A stretch of 64,000 nucleotides of DNA from Deltaproteobacteria bacterium (GTDB taxonomy: Bacteria > Myxococcota_A > Polyangia > Polyangiales > Houyiibacteriaceae), in the NCBI GenBank assembly GCA_034670305.1, contig JAXMNT010000026.1, positions 1-64,000 on the forward strand. Reading direction: 5' to 3'. Under the pieces are notes generated by a model that saw only the letters and a list, made by a program, of their open reading frames with translations, did not search any database and had not been told where the DNA came from. Shown piece by piece: positions 19,189 through 29,703 of the stretch. The position numbers and the translations under genes were made by a program. Within the stretch, counting starts at the first letter, position 1; every line of letters starts with the position of its first letter.

Positions 19189-20673
19189 TTGTACAGTCCG
19201 CGCTTCGTGGTCCGAAGGACGAGAGCTGATCGCAAACGACTGCGCGCGCTGAGCGACGCGATGAGTCGGGCCCGGACCTACCAGTCTTGGCTCGACGCCG
19301 CCGAAGCGCTCGATCGCGCGACGGGGCTCGATGTGTGGCGCGCGGACGACGAGAGCGACCACTACCTGGCGGACGTGCTCCGCGACGACCTCCAGCGGAT
19401 CGAAGCGCTCCGGGACGCCGGCAAGGTCGCGCACCTGCTCGTCCACCTCGAAGAGAGCCTGTACCGCAGCCTCAACGACGTGCTCGACCCCGAGCTGCAC
19501 ACGACCGCGAACGCCGGTTCGAAGCACCTGGTCGAGCGGTGGTTGCGCGCAGCGGAGTCCGCGATCGACTGGGCGGTCGACGCGCCTCTCCCGGGCTGGA
19601 CCGACGACAAGAAGCTGGAACGGATCCGCGCCTCGTATCGGAACCTCGGTCGCTCGGGGCTCTTGCTCAGCGGCGGCGCCACGCTCGGCTTCTACCACCT
19701 CGGGGTGTTGCGGGCGCTCTGGCAGGTCGGGCTCTTGCCCGAAGTGATCGTCGGCGCGTCGATGGGGGCGATGGTCGCTGCCGGCATCGCTGCGCGCACC
19801 GACGCGGAGCTGGACGAACTCTTCGAACCGCCCGCGCCGAAGATTCAGACGCGTGGTCTGGAATGGCGGTCGTTCGCGGAGTCCTGGCGCACCAAATCGC
19901 TGATGCGACCCGAACGCATGCTGGCGGTGATCGAAGCGAACTGTGGGCACTACACGTTCGCGCAAGCGTTCGAACGAAGCGGCCGCATCCTCAACATCTC
20001 CCTGATGCCGACACGCTCGCGACAGAAGCCGCGGCTCCTCTGCCACCTGACCGCACCGGACGTCTGGATCCCGCGGGCGGCGCTTGCGAGCTCGGCGGTG
20101 CCCGGGCTCTTTCCGCCCGTCGCGCTGACGCGGCGTCCAATCGGCCGCGACGACTCGACCGAGGCGCCGTACATCGAGGGCGAGACGTGGATCGACGGGA
20201 GCTTCGGTGCGGACTTGCCGACCGCTCGAGTCGGCCGCCTGCACAACGTGAACCACTTCATCGTGAGCCAGACCCAGCCTCACGCGGTGCTGGCGATGAC
20301 GGGCGAAGAACAACGGGGTCTGGTCAAACTCGCGACCGATGCCACGACCCGCGCCGTGCGCGCGCAGGGGGCCCACGGCATCGCGCTCGCAAGCCGGATG
20401 TTCGGGGGCACGCCGATCGGCGCCGGCCTCAGCCTCGCGCAAGCGGTCATCCAGCAGGACTACCGCGGCGACATCGACATCTTCCCGCGCTTCGATCTCT
20501 CGACCTACGGCAAGCTCCTGACCAACCCCACCGCGAAGGACCTCGAGTGGTACGTCGCCGAAGGGGAGCGGGCCGCCTGGCCGAAGGTCGCCATGATCCG
20601 CGAAGCGACCCGGATCACCCGCTGCCTCGCCCGCTGCGAAAAACGCCTGGAAGCCCGCATCGCCCGCGCCTGA
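19189..20673 (+). CDS. DUF3336 plus patatin-like phospholipase/TAG lipase
   Basis: TYQSWLDAAEALD..G...WR N-domain; LSGGATLGFYHLG, GASMG, ASSAVPGLF, WIDGS, NVNHFIVSQTQPH. Confidence 0.85.
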   Translation: MYSPRFVVRRTRADRKRLRALSDAMSRARTYQSWLDAAEALDRATGLDVWRADDESDHYLADVLRDDLQRIEALRDAGKVAHLLVHLEESLYRSLNDVLDPELHTTANAGSKHLVERWLRAAESAIDWAVDAPLPGWTDDKKLERIRASYRNLGRSGLLLSGGATLGFYHLGVLRALWQVGLLPEVIVGASMGAMVAAGIAARTDAELDELFEPPAPKIQTRGLEWRSFAESWRTKSLMRPERMLAVIEANCGHYTFAQAFERSGRILNISLMPTRSRQKPRLLCHLTAPDVWIPRAALASSAVPGLFPPVALTRRPIGRDDSTEAPYIEGETWIDGSFGADLPTARVGRLHNVNHFIVSQTQPHAVLAMTGEEQRGLVKLATDATTRAVRAQGAHGIALASRMFGGTPIGAGLSLAQAVIQQDYRGDIDIFPRFDLSTYGKLLTNPTAKDLEWYVAEGERAAWPKVAMIREATRITRCLARCEKRLEARIARA

Positions 20674-20674
20674 G

Positions 20675-20703
20675 GTCGGCTTCGGCTTTGGCTTGGCTTC
20701 GGC
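20675..20703. repeat. short degenerate (TTCGGC)n array
   Basis: gtcggc ttcggc tttggc ttggc ttcggc directly after the stop at 20673. Confidence 0.55.
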
Positions 20704-20778
20704 CCCGCACAGCGGTTCCACTTGCAACGCACTTCGTCGACGGCCACGACTTGGGTAGGCTCTGCGCCAGCCCTTCGG

Positions 20779-22659
20779 ATGCCACGTTCGACCCATGACT
20801 GCGGCACGCCGCGCCCCCGCCCCCGCGTGCGCCTCGCCACGCGAACGCTGCTGTCCTTCGCGTGTCTGGGATGCGGCGGGACCGCGATCGACGCGACCAC
20901 CGTCACGTCCGAACCGGTGGCGTGCGCCGTCGAGCCGGGCCCGTTGCCGTTTCGGCGACTGACCCGGTCCGAGTACGGCGCGACCGTGCGCGATCTCTTG
21001 GGAGACGAGACCGACGTCGCCGCGTCCTTCCCACCCGACGACGACGGCCTCGGCTACGCGGTGGCCGGCACCGTCACCGCGCTGTCGGTGGAACTCTACC
21101 TGCGCGCCGCCGAGCAGCTCGCACACACCGCGGTGCGCGCGCGGCTGGCTTCGCTCTTGCCGTGCGCCGTGCCTGCCGTGGGCACCTCGCTCGAAGACGC
21201 CCAGCCGTGCGCGGTGCGGTTCATCGACGCGATGGGGCGCCGTGCGTACCGGCGGCCGTTGACCGCCCCCGAGCGAGCGCGTTTGGGCGCGGTGTTCGCG
21301 GCGAGCCACGACGACATCGGGTTGGCCGACGCGCCCGCCGCAGAGGTCGCCGCAGAAGTCGACGCAGAGGTCGCCGACGCAGAAGCCGCCGACGCAGACG
21401 TCGCGCTCAGCAACAACGATGGGGAAGCGCCAGCAGCGGTCGAAGCCGAGCGCGCAGCGGCGCCGCCCACCAACGTGCGGTTCGCGCACGGCATCGAGCA
21501 GGTGCTCGTCGCCATGTTGCAGTCGCCGCGTTTTCTCTACCGCATCGAAGACGCGCCGGTCGCGCCGATCGAAGGCAACCCGGACGTGGTGCCGCTCAGC
21601 GGATACGAACGCGCCAGCCGCCTGAGCTACTTCTTGCTCGGCTCCATGCCCGACGCCGCACTCTTCGACGCGGCGCAGCGCGGCGCACTCGACACCCGCG
21701 ATGGAATCGAACGCGAAGCCCGGCGGCTGCTCGCCGAACCGCGCGCCCGGGAAGCCACCCTCGACTTCGCGATGCAATGGCTCGAACTCGAGAAGCTCGG
21801 CGACACGGCCAAAGACGAGACGCTCTACCCAGACTGGGACGCGGCTCTCAAACGTTCGCTCGAACATTCTGCCCGGCGGTTCGTAGAGCACGTCTGGTTC
21901 GACTCGACCGGCACCCTCGCGGAGACGTTCCGTTCCGAGGAGGCGTTCGTCGACGTGCGGGTCGCCGACCTCTTCGGGGTCTCGATGCCCTCGCTGCGAG
22001 GCGGCGAGGACACCGACAACCCCTTCGTTCGCGTCGAACTTCCGACCACGCAGCGCGCCGGCATCCTGACCCACGCCGCGATGCTCGCGCGGCACGGGCG
22101 CGCCGATGGAAGTTCGCCGGTGCTGCGCGGACGCTACGTGCGGGAACGGCTCTTCTGTCAGCCCCTCCCGCCCCCGCCCGACGGCGAGGTCACCGCACCG
22201 CCCGATCCCGATCCGAACGCCTCCACCCGCGCCCGCTTCGCCGAACACGGAGAGAACGCGGAGTGCGCGAGTTGCCACCGACTGATGGACCCGATCGGGT
22301 TCACCTTCGAGCACTACGACGGCATCGGTCGGTACCGCGAAGAAGACGGTGGCGCGCCCGTGAACGCAGCCGGATCGCTCATGGGCACCCGGCATACCGA
22401 CGGTTCGTTCGCGAACGCGATCGAGCTCGCCGACCAACTCGCGGGCAGCGAAGACGTGCGCCGCTGCTTCGTCGATCAGACCTGGCGCTACGCGTTCGGT
22501 CGGCTGGTGCTGCCCTCCGACAGCTGCTCGTTCGAGACCGCCGCCTCCGCCTTCGAAGAATCCGGAGGGAACGTGCAAGACCTGCTCGTCGCCATCACCA
22601 CGACCGACGCGTTTCTGCACCGACGGCTGCGCGAAGCGCCCGTCGAGGACGCCCGATGA
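20779..22659 (+). CDS. DUF1592/DUF1588/DUF1595/DUF1585-family (PSD) protein with CxxCH
   Basis: RRLTRSEYGATVRDLLG, RAYRRPLT, LQSPRFLY, ASRLSYFL, AGILTH, SSPVLRG, CASCH, DPIGFTFEHYDGIG; start uncertain. Confidence 0.85.
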   Translation: MPRSTHDCGTPRPRPRVRLATRTLLSFACLGCGGTAIDATTVTSEPVACAVEPGPLPFRRLTRSEYGATVRDLLGDETDVAASFPPDDDGLGYAVAGTVTALSVELYLRAAEQLAHTAVRARLASLLPCAVPAVGTSLEDAQPCAVRFIDAMGRRAYRRPLTAPERARLGAVFAASHDDIGLADAPAAEVAAEVDAEVADAEAADADVALSNNDGEAPAAVEAERAAAPPTNVRFAHGIEQVLVAMLQSPRFLYRIEDAPVAPIEGNPDVVPLSGYERASRLSYFLLGSMPDAALFDAAQRGALDTRDGIEREARRLLAEPRAREATLDFAMQWLELEKLGDTAKDETLYPDWDAALKRSLEHSARRFVEHVWFDSTGTLAETFRSEEAFVDVRVADLFGVSMPSLRGGEDTDNPFVRVELPTTQRAGILTHAAMLARHGRADGSSPVLRGRYVRERLFCQPLPPPPDGEVTAPPDPDPNASTRARFAEHGENAECASCHRLMDPIGFTFEHYDGIGRYREEDGGAPVNAAGSLMGTRHTDGSFANAIELADQLAGSEDVRRCFVDQTWRYAFGRLVLPSDSCSFETAASAFEESGGNVQDLLVAITTTDAFLHRRLREAPVEDAR

Positions 22660-24038
22660 AAGGTCGCGACCACCGCTGGAGCCGGCGCTCCATTCTCCGA
22701 GGTCTTGGACTCGGCATCGTCGGTTCGGCGCTCCCGATGGCGTTGCCGCGCAGCCGCGCGCAAGCAGGCGGGCACACGCCGCCGATCCGCTTCGTCACGA
22801 TCTTCACCGGGGGCGGCACCATCAAGGACGCCTGGGGGACGCGGCGGACCGACACCGACTTCCGCTACGGCGAGATCCTGGAACCCTTCGAAGACCTCCG
22901 GGACCGGGCGCTCGTCCTCGAAGGGCTCGACATGACCGTCGCCATGCGCGGTCCGGGCGGAGGCCACCAGCGCGGCCCCGGCGTCGTGCTCACCGGACAG
23001 CCACTGCTCGAAGGCGACTTCTGCGGAGGCATCGACTGCGTCAGTGGCGCGAGCGGATGGGCCGCCGGGCCGTCGATCGATCAGGTCATCGGCGACCACC
23101 TCGTCGGCAGCACCCGCATCCGCTCGATCGAAGCCGGCGTTCGGGTGCTCGGCGCCAACAACCGGCACCGCATCTCGTTCCGGGCCGCCAACGAACCGGT
23201 CGCACCCGACGACGATCCCTTCAGCGTCTGGCAGCGGCTCTTCGCCGGCGCCGGTCTGACCCGCGCCGAACTCGAACTGCAGCGCCGGTCGCGCGGGAGC
23301 GTGCTGGATCTGGTCCGCGGCGACCTGCGCGCGCTCGAGCGGGACATCGGCCGCGAACACCGCTCGAGGCTGGAAGCACACGTCGGCGCGATCCGGGAAC
23401 TCGAACGACAGCTCGACGCCGCGCTCGAAGGCAACACCTGCGAAGCGCCCGACCTGCCGACGAGCTTCGACCCCCACGCCAACGACCTCTACCCAGACGT
23501 GTCGCGTCTGCAGCTCGATCTGATCGTGAATGCGTTCGCGTGCGACGCGACCCGGGTGGCGTCGCTTCTGTACTCGGGTGGCAACAGCTACCAGACGTTC
23601 CCGTGGATCAACGTGCACCGGGGACACCACGCGCTCTCTCACGAAGGCGACAGCAACACCCGCGCCCAAGCCGCGCTCACGAAGATCGATGCGTGGTACG
23701 CGTCCGAGATCGCGCGCTTCGTCCGGCAGCTCGACGCGATCCCCGAAGGCGACGGCACGTTGCTCGATCACACGATCGTGATGTGGTGCAACGAGGTCTC
23801 GAAGGGCAACACCCACTCGCACGCGAACATGATGTTCTTGTTGCTCGGCGGCTCGAAGGCGGGCCTTGAAACCGGCCGCTGGTTGCGGTTCGGAGACCGC
23901 CCGCACAGCGACCTCCTCGTGAGCATCGCCCACGCCATGGGCCACACGGGCCTCTCCCGCTTCGGCCACGACGACTACTTCACCGGCCCCCTGACCGAAA
24001 CCGGCCTGCACGCACCCGGCCGGCACGTACCCGCGTAA
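22656..24038 (+). CDS. DUF1552-domain protein (Tat-exported)
   Basis: SRRSILRGLG twin-Arg signal, SIDQ, SVLD, H...IRELE, AFACDATRV, HHALSH, TLLDHT; ATGA overlap with the DUF1592 gene. Confidence 0.88.
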   Translation: MKGRDHRWSRRSILRGLGLGIVGSALPMALPRSRAQAGGHTPPIRFVTIFTGGGTIKDAWGTRRTDTDFRYGEILEPFEDLRDRALVLEGLDMTVAMRGPGGGHQRGPGVVLTGQPLLEGDFCGGIDCVSGASGWAAGPSIDQVIGDHLVGSTRIRSIEAGVRVLGANNRHRISFRAANEPVAPDDDPFSVWQRLFAGAGLTRAELELQRRSRGSVLDLVRGDLRALERDIGREHRSRLEAHVGAIRELERQLDAALEGNTCEAPDLPTSFDPHANDLYPDVSRLQLDLIVNAFACDATRVASLLYSGGNSYQTFPWINVHRGHHALSHEGDSNTRAQAALTKIDAWYASEIARFVRQLDAIPEGDGTLLDHTIVMWCNEVSKGNTHSHANMMFLLLGGSKAGLETGRWLRFGDRPHSDLLVSIAHAMGHTGLSRFGHDDYFTGPLTETGLHAPGRHVPA

Positions 24039-24113
24039 CTGCTTTCAGCGGGTTCGATCGCTTTGACGCGCGCCGCTTCAGCCGTGAGACTGCGCGCGAG
24101 AGTGGGGGTGTGT

Positions 24114-27100
24114 ATGTCGCGCGGGTGGGCGGGGTCCTTGGTTTTGGTAGGGTTGGTCGGGCTGTTGGCCTGCGGAGACGACGACACGATGTCGCCGGTG
24201 GACGGTGGCGGCGACGCCGCGGCGTGCACGGACGACTCGTGTGACGACGGCCTGTTCTGCAACGGACCCGAATCGTGCGTCTCCGGAACCTGTGCGGCCG
24301 GCAGTCCTCCCTGCGGCGCGGGCATGACCTGCGACGACATCAGCGACTCGTGCAGCGGCACGTGCGACGTCCCCGACGCCGATGGCGACGGCGCGGACTC
24401 GATCGCATGCGGCGGGGACGACTGCGACGACGACGACCCGGACCGGTTCCCGGGCAACGAAGAAGTCTGCGACGCCGAAGGCCACGACGAAGACTGCGAC
24501 GGCGCCACCCTTGGCGGACGCGACGTCGACCGCGATGGGTTCGTCTCGGACGTCTGCTGCAACGACGACGTGTGCGGGCTCGACTGCGCGGACGGCATCG
24601 GCGCGGTCCACCCGGACGCCGCCGAGGTCTGCAACCTGCGCGACGACGACTGCGACGGCGCCGTCGACGAAGGCACCCAGGTCGAAGCGCACGCCGACGC
24701 GGACCGCGATCTCTATGGCGCCGACGAGGTGCTGATGGTCTGTGCGGGCACCGCCGGCACCTCCGGTGTGCCGAACGACTGCGACGACTCGGACCCGGAC
24801 CGCAACCGGGCGGTACCCGAGATCTGCGACGGAGAGGACAACGACTGCGACGACATCGTCGACGAAGACGCGGTCGACCACCCGTGGTACCCCGACACGG
24901 ACGGCGACGGATACGGCGATGCCGACGGCGACATCGTGCTTCAGTGCGGCCGCCCGGACGGATACAGCCTGCGCGCCTCCGATTGCGACGACAGCGACGC
25001 CGCGCGCTCGCCCGGCGCCGACGAACTCTGCAACGCGCTCGACGACGACTGCGATGGCATCCCAGGCTTCGAGATCGCTCCTGGCGACACCGAAGACGAC
25101 GACCGCGACGGGTTCGCGGACGCAACGTGCGGCAGCACCGACTGCGACGATCTGGACCCCTACGTGTACGTCGGCGCACCCGAGCTCGCCGACGACGTCG
25201 ACAACGACTGCGACGGAACGATCGACGAAGACGTGACCGAGGTGGACTGGTACAGCGACGCGGACGAAGACGGCGGTGGCGACGCGACGGACACCCCAGT
25301 GACCTCCAGCGAGCGCCAAGCCGGACGTGTCATCGGCGGCGGCGACTGCGACGACGCGGACGCCACGGTCACGACCACCGCGCGCGAGGTCTGCGACGGG
25401 ATCGACAACGACTGCGACGACACCATCGACGAAGGCACCCGGCGGAGTGCCTGGTACCGCGACGAAGACGGCGACGGCTTCGGCGATCCGACCATGGTCA
25501 CGCTCGACTGCGCCCAGCCGGATGGCTACGCAGCCAGCCCGTCGGACTGCGACGACGGCGACGCGATGCGGTTCCCCGGTGCGACCGAGCTCTGCGACGA
25601 CGTCGACCAGGATTGCGACGCGCGGGTGGACGAAGGCGCGGTGCCGGTCGACTGGTACGTCGACTTCGACGGGGACGGCTACGGCACCGGCGCGGTCGCG
25701 ATGTCGAGCTGCGTGATGCCGGTGGGACACGCGCTGCGCGACGGGGATTGCGCGGACATGAACGCGTCGATCAACCCGGGCGCCACCGAGATCTGCGATG
25801 GCGTGAACGACGAGGACTGCGACGAGAACGTCGACGAAGGCCTCACGTCGATCTTCTACCGCGACATGGACGGAGACGGCGCCGGCGACCCGAGCATGAC
25901 CATGACCGCGTGTTCCGCGCCGAGTGGGTTCGTCTCGACGATGAACGACTGCGACGACGACGACGGCGCGAACTTCCCAGGCAACCCGGAAGTCTGCGAC
26001 ATGGCCAACAACGACTGCGACGGCGCGACCGATGAAGGCCTGCCGACCGCCATCTACTACCGCGACATGGACGGCGACGGCTACGCGCCGACCGGTGCCG
26101 GATCGCTCATTCGATGCGCGGCGCCCGACGGCTACACCGCCGACCTCGGCGACTGCGACGATGGCCTCCCCTCGGTGAACCCCGACGGCACCGAGGTATG
26201 CAACGGGCTCGACGACGACTGCAGCACCGTCGTCGACGACGGGGTCGCCGCGATGTGTTCGCCCGCCATTCACCCCGACCTGACCGGGGCCTGCGAGATG
26301 CCGCCGGCAGCCGCAGGCACTTGCGACTGTGTGAGCGCGACCGCCGACGAGTGCGACGGCAACCCGGTCAACGGATGCGAAGATCTGATGACCGACGTCG
26401 ACCACTGCGGGGCGTGCAACGACCCATGCCCGGACGCTCGGTACTGCGCTGCGGGCAGCTGCACCTACGCGCCCATCACTGCCTTGACCGGCGGCGTCTC
26501 GAACAGCTGTGTCATCCGCGGTACCAACGTCGTGCAGTGCTGGGGCACCAACCGCACCACCTTCCAGGGCCCGGGTTCCTTTGGCACCGCGACGCGGGTA
26601 CTGGAGGGGTTCGAAGTCGTGCACTTTGCGACGAGTCGCTACAGCAGCGAGGGGCTCGGGCACGGCTGCTTCGCAGCGCTCAACGGGACCGGCGGGAACG
26701 ACCTCTACTGCTGGGGCTACGACAGCGAAGGGCAGACCGGCGACGGCGCTGTGACGCCCGCCCGCAACGAGGTTCCGACCCGAATCCTGGCCTCGGTCGA
26801 CGATGTGGTCGAAGACTGGGCGGAGGTCGTGCTCAGCGGTGCCTACTCCGTCGCGCGGACCGCAAGTGGTTCCGTTTGGGCATTCGGCACCAACTCGTCG
26901 GGCCAGTTGGGCAGCGACACCGGAGGCGCGGCGTCTCCAGTGCCCTTGCAGGTCGCCGGAATCGACGACGCGGTGCAGATCTCCGCGGGGTTCTCCCATG
27001 CCTGCGCCGTGCGGGCCTCGGGTCAGGTCTGGTGCTGGGGCAGTGACTCGTTCAACCGATGCGGCAACGGCGTGGTGCGGCGAGATGGGCCAACACCGCG

Positions 27101-27623
27101 ACCGGTGGTGTTCGACATGGGTGGGGAGATGCCACTGCAGAACGTCGCTCAGGTGGCGGCGCACGACGACGGTGGTTGCGCCCGCAAGACCGACGGAACC
27201 GTCTGGTGCTGGGGCGCCGGCACCCTTGGCAACGGGAGCACCGGGACCACCGGTGTCGCCGTCCAGGTGACGATCTCGGGCGCCACCGACCTGACATGCA
27301 GCGGACGGCCCAGTTGCTGCGCCGTCACGGGTGGCGGCATCGTTCAGTGCTGGGGCAACTTCAACGGCGGCACCCACGGCAACAACGCGACCACCGCGAA
27401 CCCGACGCCGGTCAACGTCGTGCTCGGAGCCGGACCCACACCACTCACTGGCGTCACCGAGGTGCACGCGACCAACGATGTGATGTGCGGACTCGTGCCT
27501 GCGCCGATGAACGACCGCGTCGTGTGCTGGGGCAACGGGACCAACGGACGGCTGGGCGACGGCAACACCGGCACCCACACGCGGCTCAATGCGGGTGCGC
27601 CGGACTTCGTGATGGGCCTATGA
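24114..27623 (+). CDS. large lipoprotein: about 10 MopE-type putative metal-binding repeats plus RCC1-like propeller
   Basis: LLAC lipobox; DxDGDG...DCDD...ExCDGxDNDCDG repeats; HCGAC motif; CWG/GQLG/HAC RCC1 repeats. Confidence 0.85.
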   Translation: MSRGWAGSLVLVGLVGLLACGDDDTMSPVDGGGDAAACTDDSCDDGLFCNGPESCVSGTCAAGSPPCGAGMTCDDISDSCSGTCDVPDADGDGADSIACGGDDCDDDDPDRFPGNEEVCDAEGHDEDCDGATLGGRDVDRDGFVSDVCCNDDVCGLDCADGIGAVHPDAAEVCNLRDDDCDGAVDEGTQVEAHADADRDLYGADEVLMVCAGTAGTSGVPNDCDDSDPDRNRAVPEICDGEDNDCDDIVDEDAVDHPWYPDTDGDGYGDADGDIVLQCGRPDGYSLRASDCDDSDAARSPGADELCNALDDDCDGIPGFEIAPGDTEDDDRDGFADATCGSTDCDDLDPYVYVGAPELADDVDNDCDGTIDEDVTEVDWYSDADEDGGGDATDTPVTSSERQAGRVIGGGDCDDADATVTTTAREVCDGIDNDCDDTIDEGTRRSAWYRDEDGDGFGDPTMVTLDCAQPDGYAASPSDCDDGDAMRFPGATELCDDVDQDCDARVDEGAVPVDWYVDFDGDGYGTGAVAMSSCVMPVGHALRDGDCADMNASINPGATEICDGVNDEDCDENVDEGLTSIFYRDMDGDGAGDPSMTMTACSAPSGFVSTMNDCDDDDGANFPGNPEVCDMANNDCDGATDEGLPTAIYYRDMDGDGYAPTGAGSLIRCAAPDGYTADLGDCDDGLPSVNPDGTEVCNGLDDDCSTVVDDGVAAMCSPAIHPDLTGACEMPPAAAGTCDCVSATADECDGNPVNGCEDLMTDVDHCGACNDPCPDARYCAAGSCTYAPITALTGGVSNSCVIRGTNVVQCWGTNRTTFQGPGSFGTATRVLEGFEVVHFATSRYSSEGLGHGCFAALNGTGGNDLYCWGYDSEGQTGDGAVTPARNEVPTRILASVDDVVEDWAEVVLSGAYSVARTASGSVWAFGTNSSGQLGSDTGGAASPVPLQVAGIDDAVQISAGFSHACAVRASGQVWCWGSDSFNRCGNGVVRRDGPTPRPVVFDMGGEMPLQNVAQVAAHDDGGCARKTDGTVWCWGAGTLGNGSTGTTGVAVQVTISGATDLTCSGRPSCCAVTGGGIVQCWGNFNGGTHGNNATTANPTPVNVVLGAGPTPLTGVTEVHATNDVMCGLVPAPMNDRVVCWGNGTNGRLGDGNTGTHTRLNAGAPDFVMGL

Positions 27624-27630
27624 CGCCGTA

Positions 27631-27925
27631 GCGGAAGCGGAAGCCGAAGCGGTCGCGGAAGCGGAAGCGGAAGCGGAAGCCGAAGCGGAAGCGGTCGCGG
27701 AAGCGGTCGCGGAAGCGGAAGCGGAAGCGGAATCCGAATCCGAATCCGAAGCCGAATCCGAATCCGAATCCGAAGCCGAATCCGAAGCAGAAGCCGAAGC
27801 CGAAACCGAAGCCGAAGCCGAAGCCGAATCCGAATCCGAATCCGACGCAGAAGCCGAAGCCGAAGCCGAAGCCGACGCCGAAGCCGACGCCGACGCCGAC
27901 GCCGAATCCGAGGCCGAAGCCGGCC
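27631..27925. repeat. composite hexamer array: (GCGGAA)n then (TCCGAA/GCCGAA/GCCGAC)n
   Basis: about 295 bp of 6-nt units read directly; starts 7 nt after the stop at 27623. Confidence 0.95.
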
Positions 27926-27975
27926 GATCCGGCTCCGCGGTGGCGGGGCGGCCGGGCATGGGTCAGACCGGAGTC

Positions 27976-29703
27976 ATGAAGACTCGACTGGACGTGGTGG
28001 GCGCGGGGGTTCGGTTGGCGGCGTACACCGAGGGGCGGCCGCTCGATTCGGGGGCGCCGGTGGTGCTCTTGCTGCACGGGTACCCGGACGACCACACGGT
28101 GTGGGACGGGGTCGCGGAGGCGCTCGCGGCGGACCACTGCGTGCTGCGATACGACGTGCGCGGGGCGGGCGCGTCGGAGCGACCGGAAGCGGTGGCGGAC
28201 TACGACCTCGCGCTACTCGCGGACGATCTCTTCGCGGTGCTCGAGGCGCTCGTGCCCGACGGCCGACCGGTGCATCTGGTCGGACACGACTGGGGCGGCA
28301 TCCAGCTCTGGGAACCCGTCTGCGATGCGCGCGCGACCGGACGGATCGCGAGCTTCACCTCGGTGAGCGGACCGTGTCTCGACCACGCGGGCCTTGCGAT
28401 GCGCGGGCCGGCGTTTCGCTCGCCAGGCAAACTCGTCGCGCAGCTGCGGCGCTCTTGGTACGTCGGGTTCTTCCAGCTTCCGGGCGTCGCGCCCGCGCTC
28501 TGGCGCGGCAAGGCGGGCGCGGGGTTTCCAGCGCGACTTGCCAAGACCGAAGGCATCGACGCGGACAGCCTCTCCGACGGCCTCGTCGAAGATGGCGTGC
28601 ACGGGATCAAACTCTACCGCGCCAACATGCGCGACCGGCTCTCGAAGCCGCGCGACCGCCGCACCGACGTGCCGACGCTGCTCATCGCGCCGGCGGACGA
28701 CGACTACGTCACGCCACTGCTCGCCGACGCAGCCGAAGGGTTCGCGAGCACCCTCTACCGCCGCGACGTCGCGGGCGGGCATTGGATCGTGCGCCGGCAT
28801 CCGAAACGCATCGCCCGGTTCGTCGCCGAGATGGTGCGGCACGTCGACGGCGAACCGTCGGCTGCCCTCGAGCGTCGCCGCGTCCGGCCGGGGCATCGCC
28901 ATCCGCGCCGCCTGGCGCTCGTCACCGGGGCTGGATCCGGCATCGGTGAAGCGACCGCGCTCGCGTTCGCGGAAGAAGGCGACGATCTGGTCTTGGTCGA
29001 CCTCGACCTGCCTTCCGCCGAAGCCGTCGCTGTCCGTTGCCAGGCGTTCGGTGTCACGGCCGTCGCTTACCAGGTGGATGTCAGCGACCGGGCCGCGATG
29101 GAAGACCTCACCGAACGGGTCTGCGCCCTCGAGGGCGTGCCGGACGTGGTCGTGAACAACGCAGGCATCGGGCTCGCGGGACCGTTCTTGGCGACCGACG
29201 CGGACGCCTGGGAGCGGGTGCTCGGCGTGAACCTCTTCGGGGTCATTCACGGCGCGCGCCTCTTCGGCCGGGCCATGGTCGAGGCGGGCGGGGGACACCT
29301 CGTGAACATCGCCTCCGCGGCCGCGTTCGCGCCGAGCCGCAACATGTCCGCGTACGCGACCTCCAAAGCCGCGGTGCGCATGCTCGGCGATTGCCTGCGC
29401 GGCGAGTTCGCAGAACACGGCGTCGGGGTCAGCACCATCTGCCCCGGCTTCGTGCACACCCCCATCACCCAGCGCACGCAGTTCGTCGGCCTCGACGACG
29501 CCGCGCAGGCCCAAGAGCGCGACCGCGCGACCGCGATGTACGCGAAACGCAACCTCACCGCCGAAGAAGTCGCGCGCGCGATCGTCGGCGCGGTGGACCA
29601 CGACCGCGCCGTCGTCCCGGTGGGACTCGAGGCGCATGTGCTCGATCGGGTGCAGCGCTGGGCACCGGCGTTGAGCCGAAAGATCGCGTCCCTGAAGTTC
29701 TAG
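27976..29703 (+). CDS. alpha/beta-hydrolase-SDR fusion (EphD-like)
   Basis: LLHGYPD, GHDWGG, GGHW; then [20 protein letters not shown]. Confidence 0.88.
   Translation: MKTRLDVVGAGVRLAAYTEGRPLDSGAPVVLLLHGYPDDHTVWDGVAEALAADHCVLRYDVRGAGASERPEAVADYDLALLADDLFAVLEALVPDGRPVHLVGHDWGGIQLWEPVCDARATGRIASFTSVSGPCLDHAGLAMRGPAFRSPGKLVAQLRRSWYVGFFQLPGVAPALWRGKAGAGFPARLAKTEGIDADSLSDGLVEDGVHGIKLYRANMRDRLSKPRDRRTDVPTLLIAPADDDYVTPLLADAAEGFASTLYRRDVAGGHWIVRRHPKRIARFVAEMVRHVDGEPSAALERRRVRPGHRHPRRLALVTGAGSGIGEATALAFAEEGDDLVLVDLDLPSAEAVAVRCQAFGVTAVAYQVDVSDRAAMEDLTERVCALEGVPDVVVNNAGIGLAGPFLATDADAWERVLGVNLFGVIHGARLFGRAMVEAGGGHLVNIASAAAFAPSRNMSAYATSKAAVRMLGDCLRGEFAEHGVGVSTICPGFVHTPITQRTQFVGLDDAAQAQERDRATAMYAKRNLTAEEVARAIVGAVDHDRAVVPVGLEAHVLDRVQRWAPALSRKIASLKF

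Noticed and set aside
20862-24038. 1058-aa ORF as one protein
   Set aside because: Only the part from 22656 has DUF1552 features; the rest is an Arg-rich off-frame reading of the DUF1592 gene
19120-27578. Very long antisense or alternate-frame ORFs (19120-22620, 24078-27578; also 28213-31455, 38426-41878, 47480-49921)
   Set aside because: They are shadow ORFs of high-GC genes whose opposite strand or frame carries recognisable motifs
27586-28137. Low-complexity ORFs (GFGF/SASA/EAEA/PKPK) here and at 35472-36129, 40231-40615 and 55915-56607
   Set aside because: They are stop-free readings of the hexamer arrays in several frames with no start context
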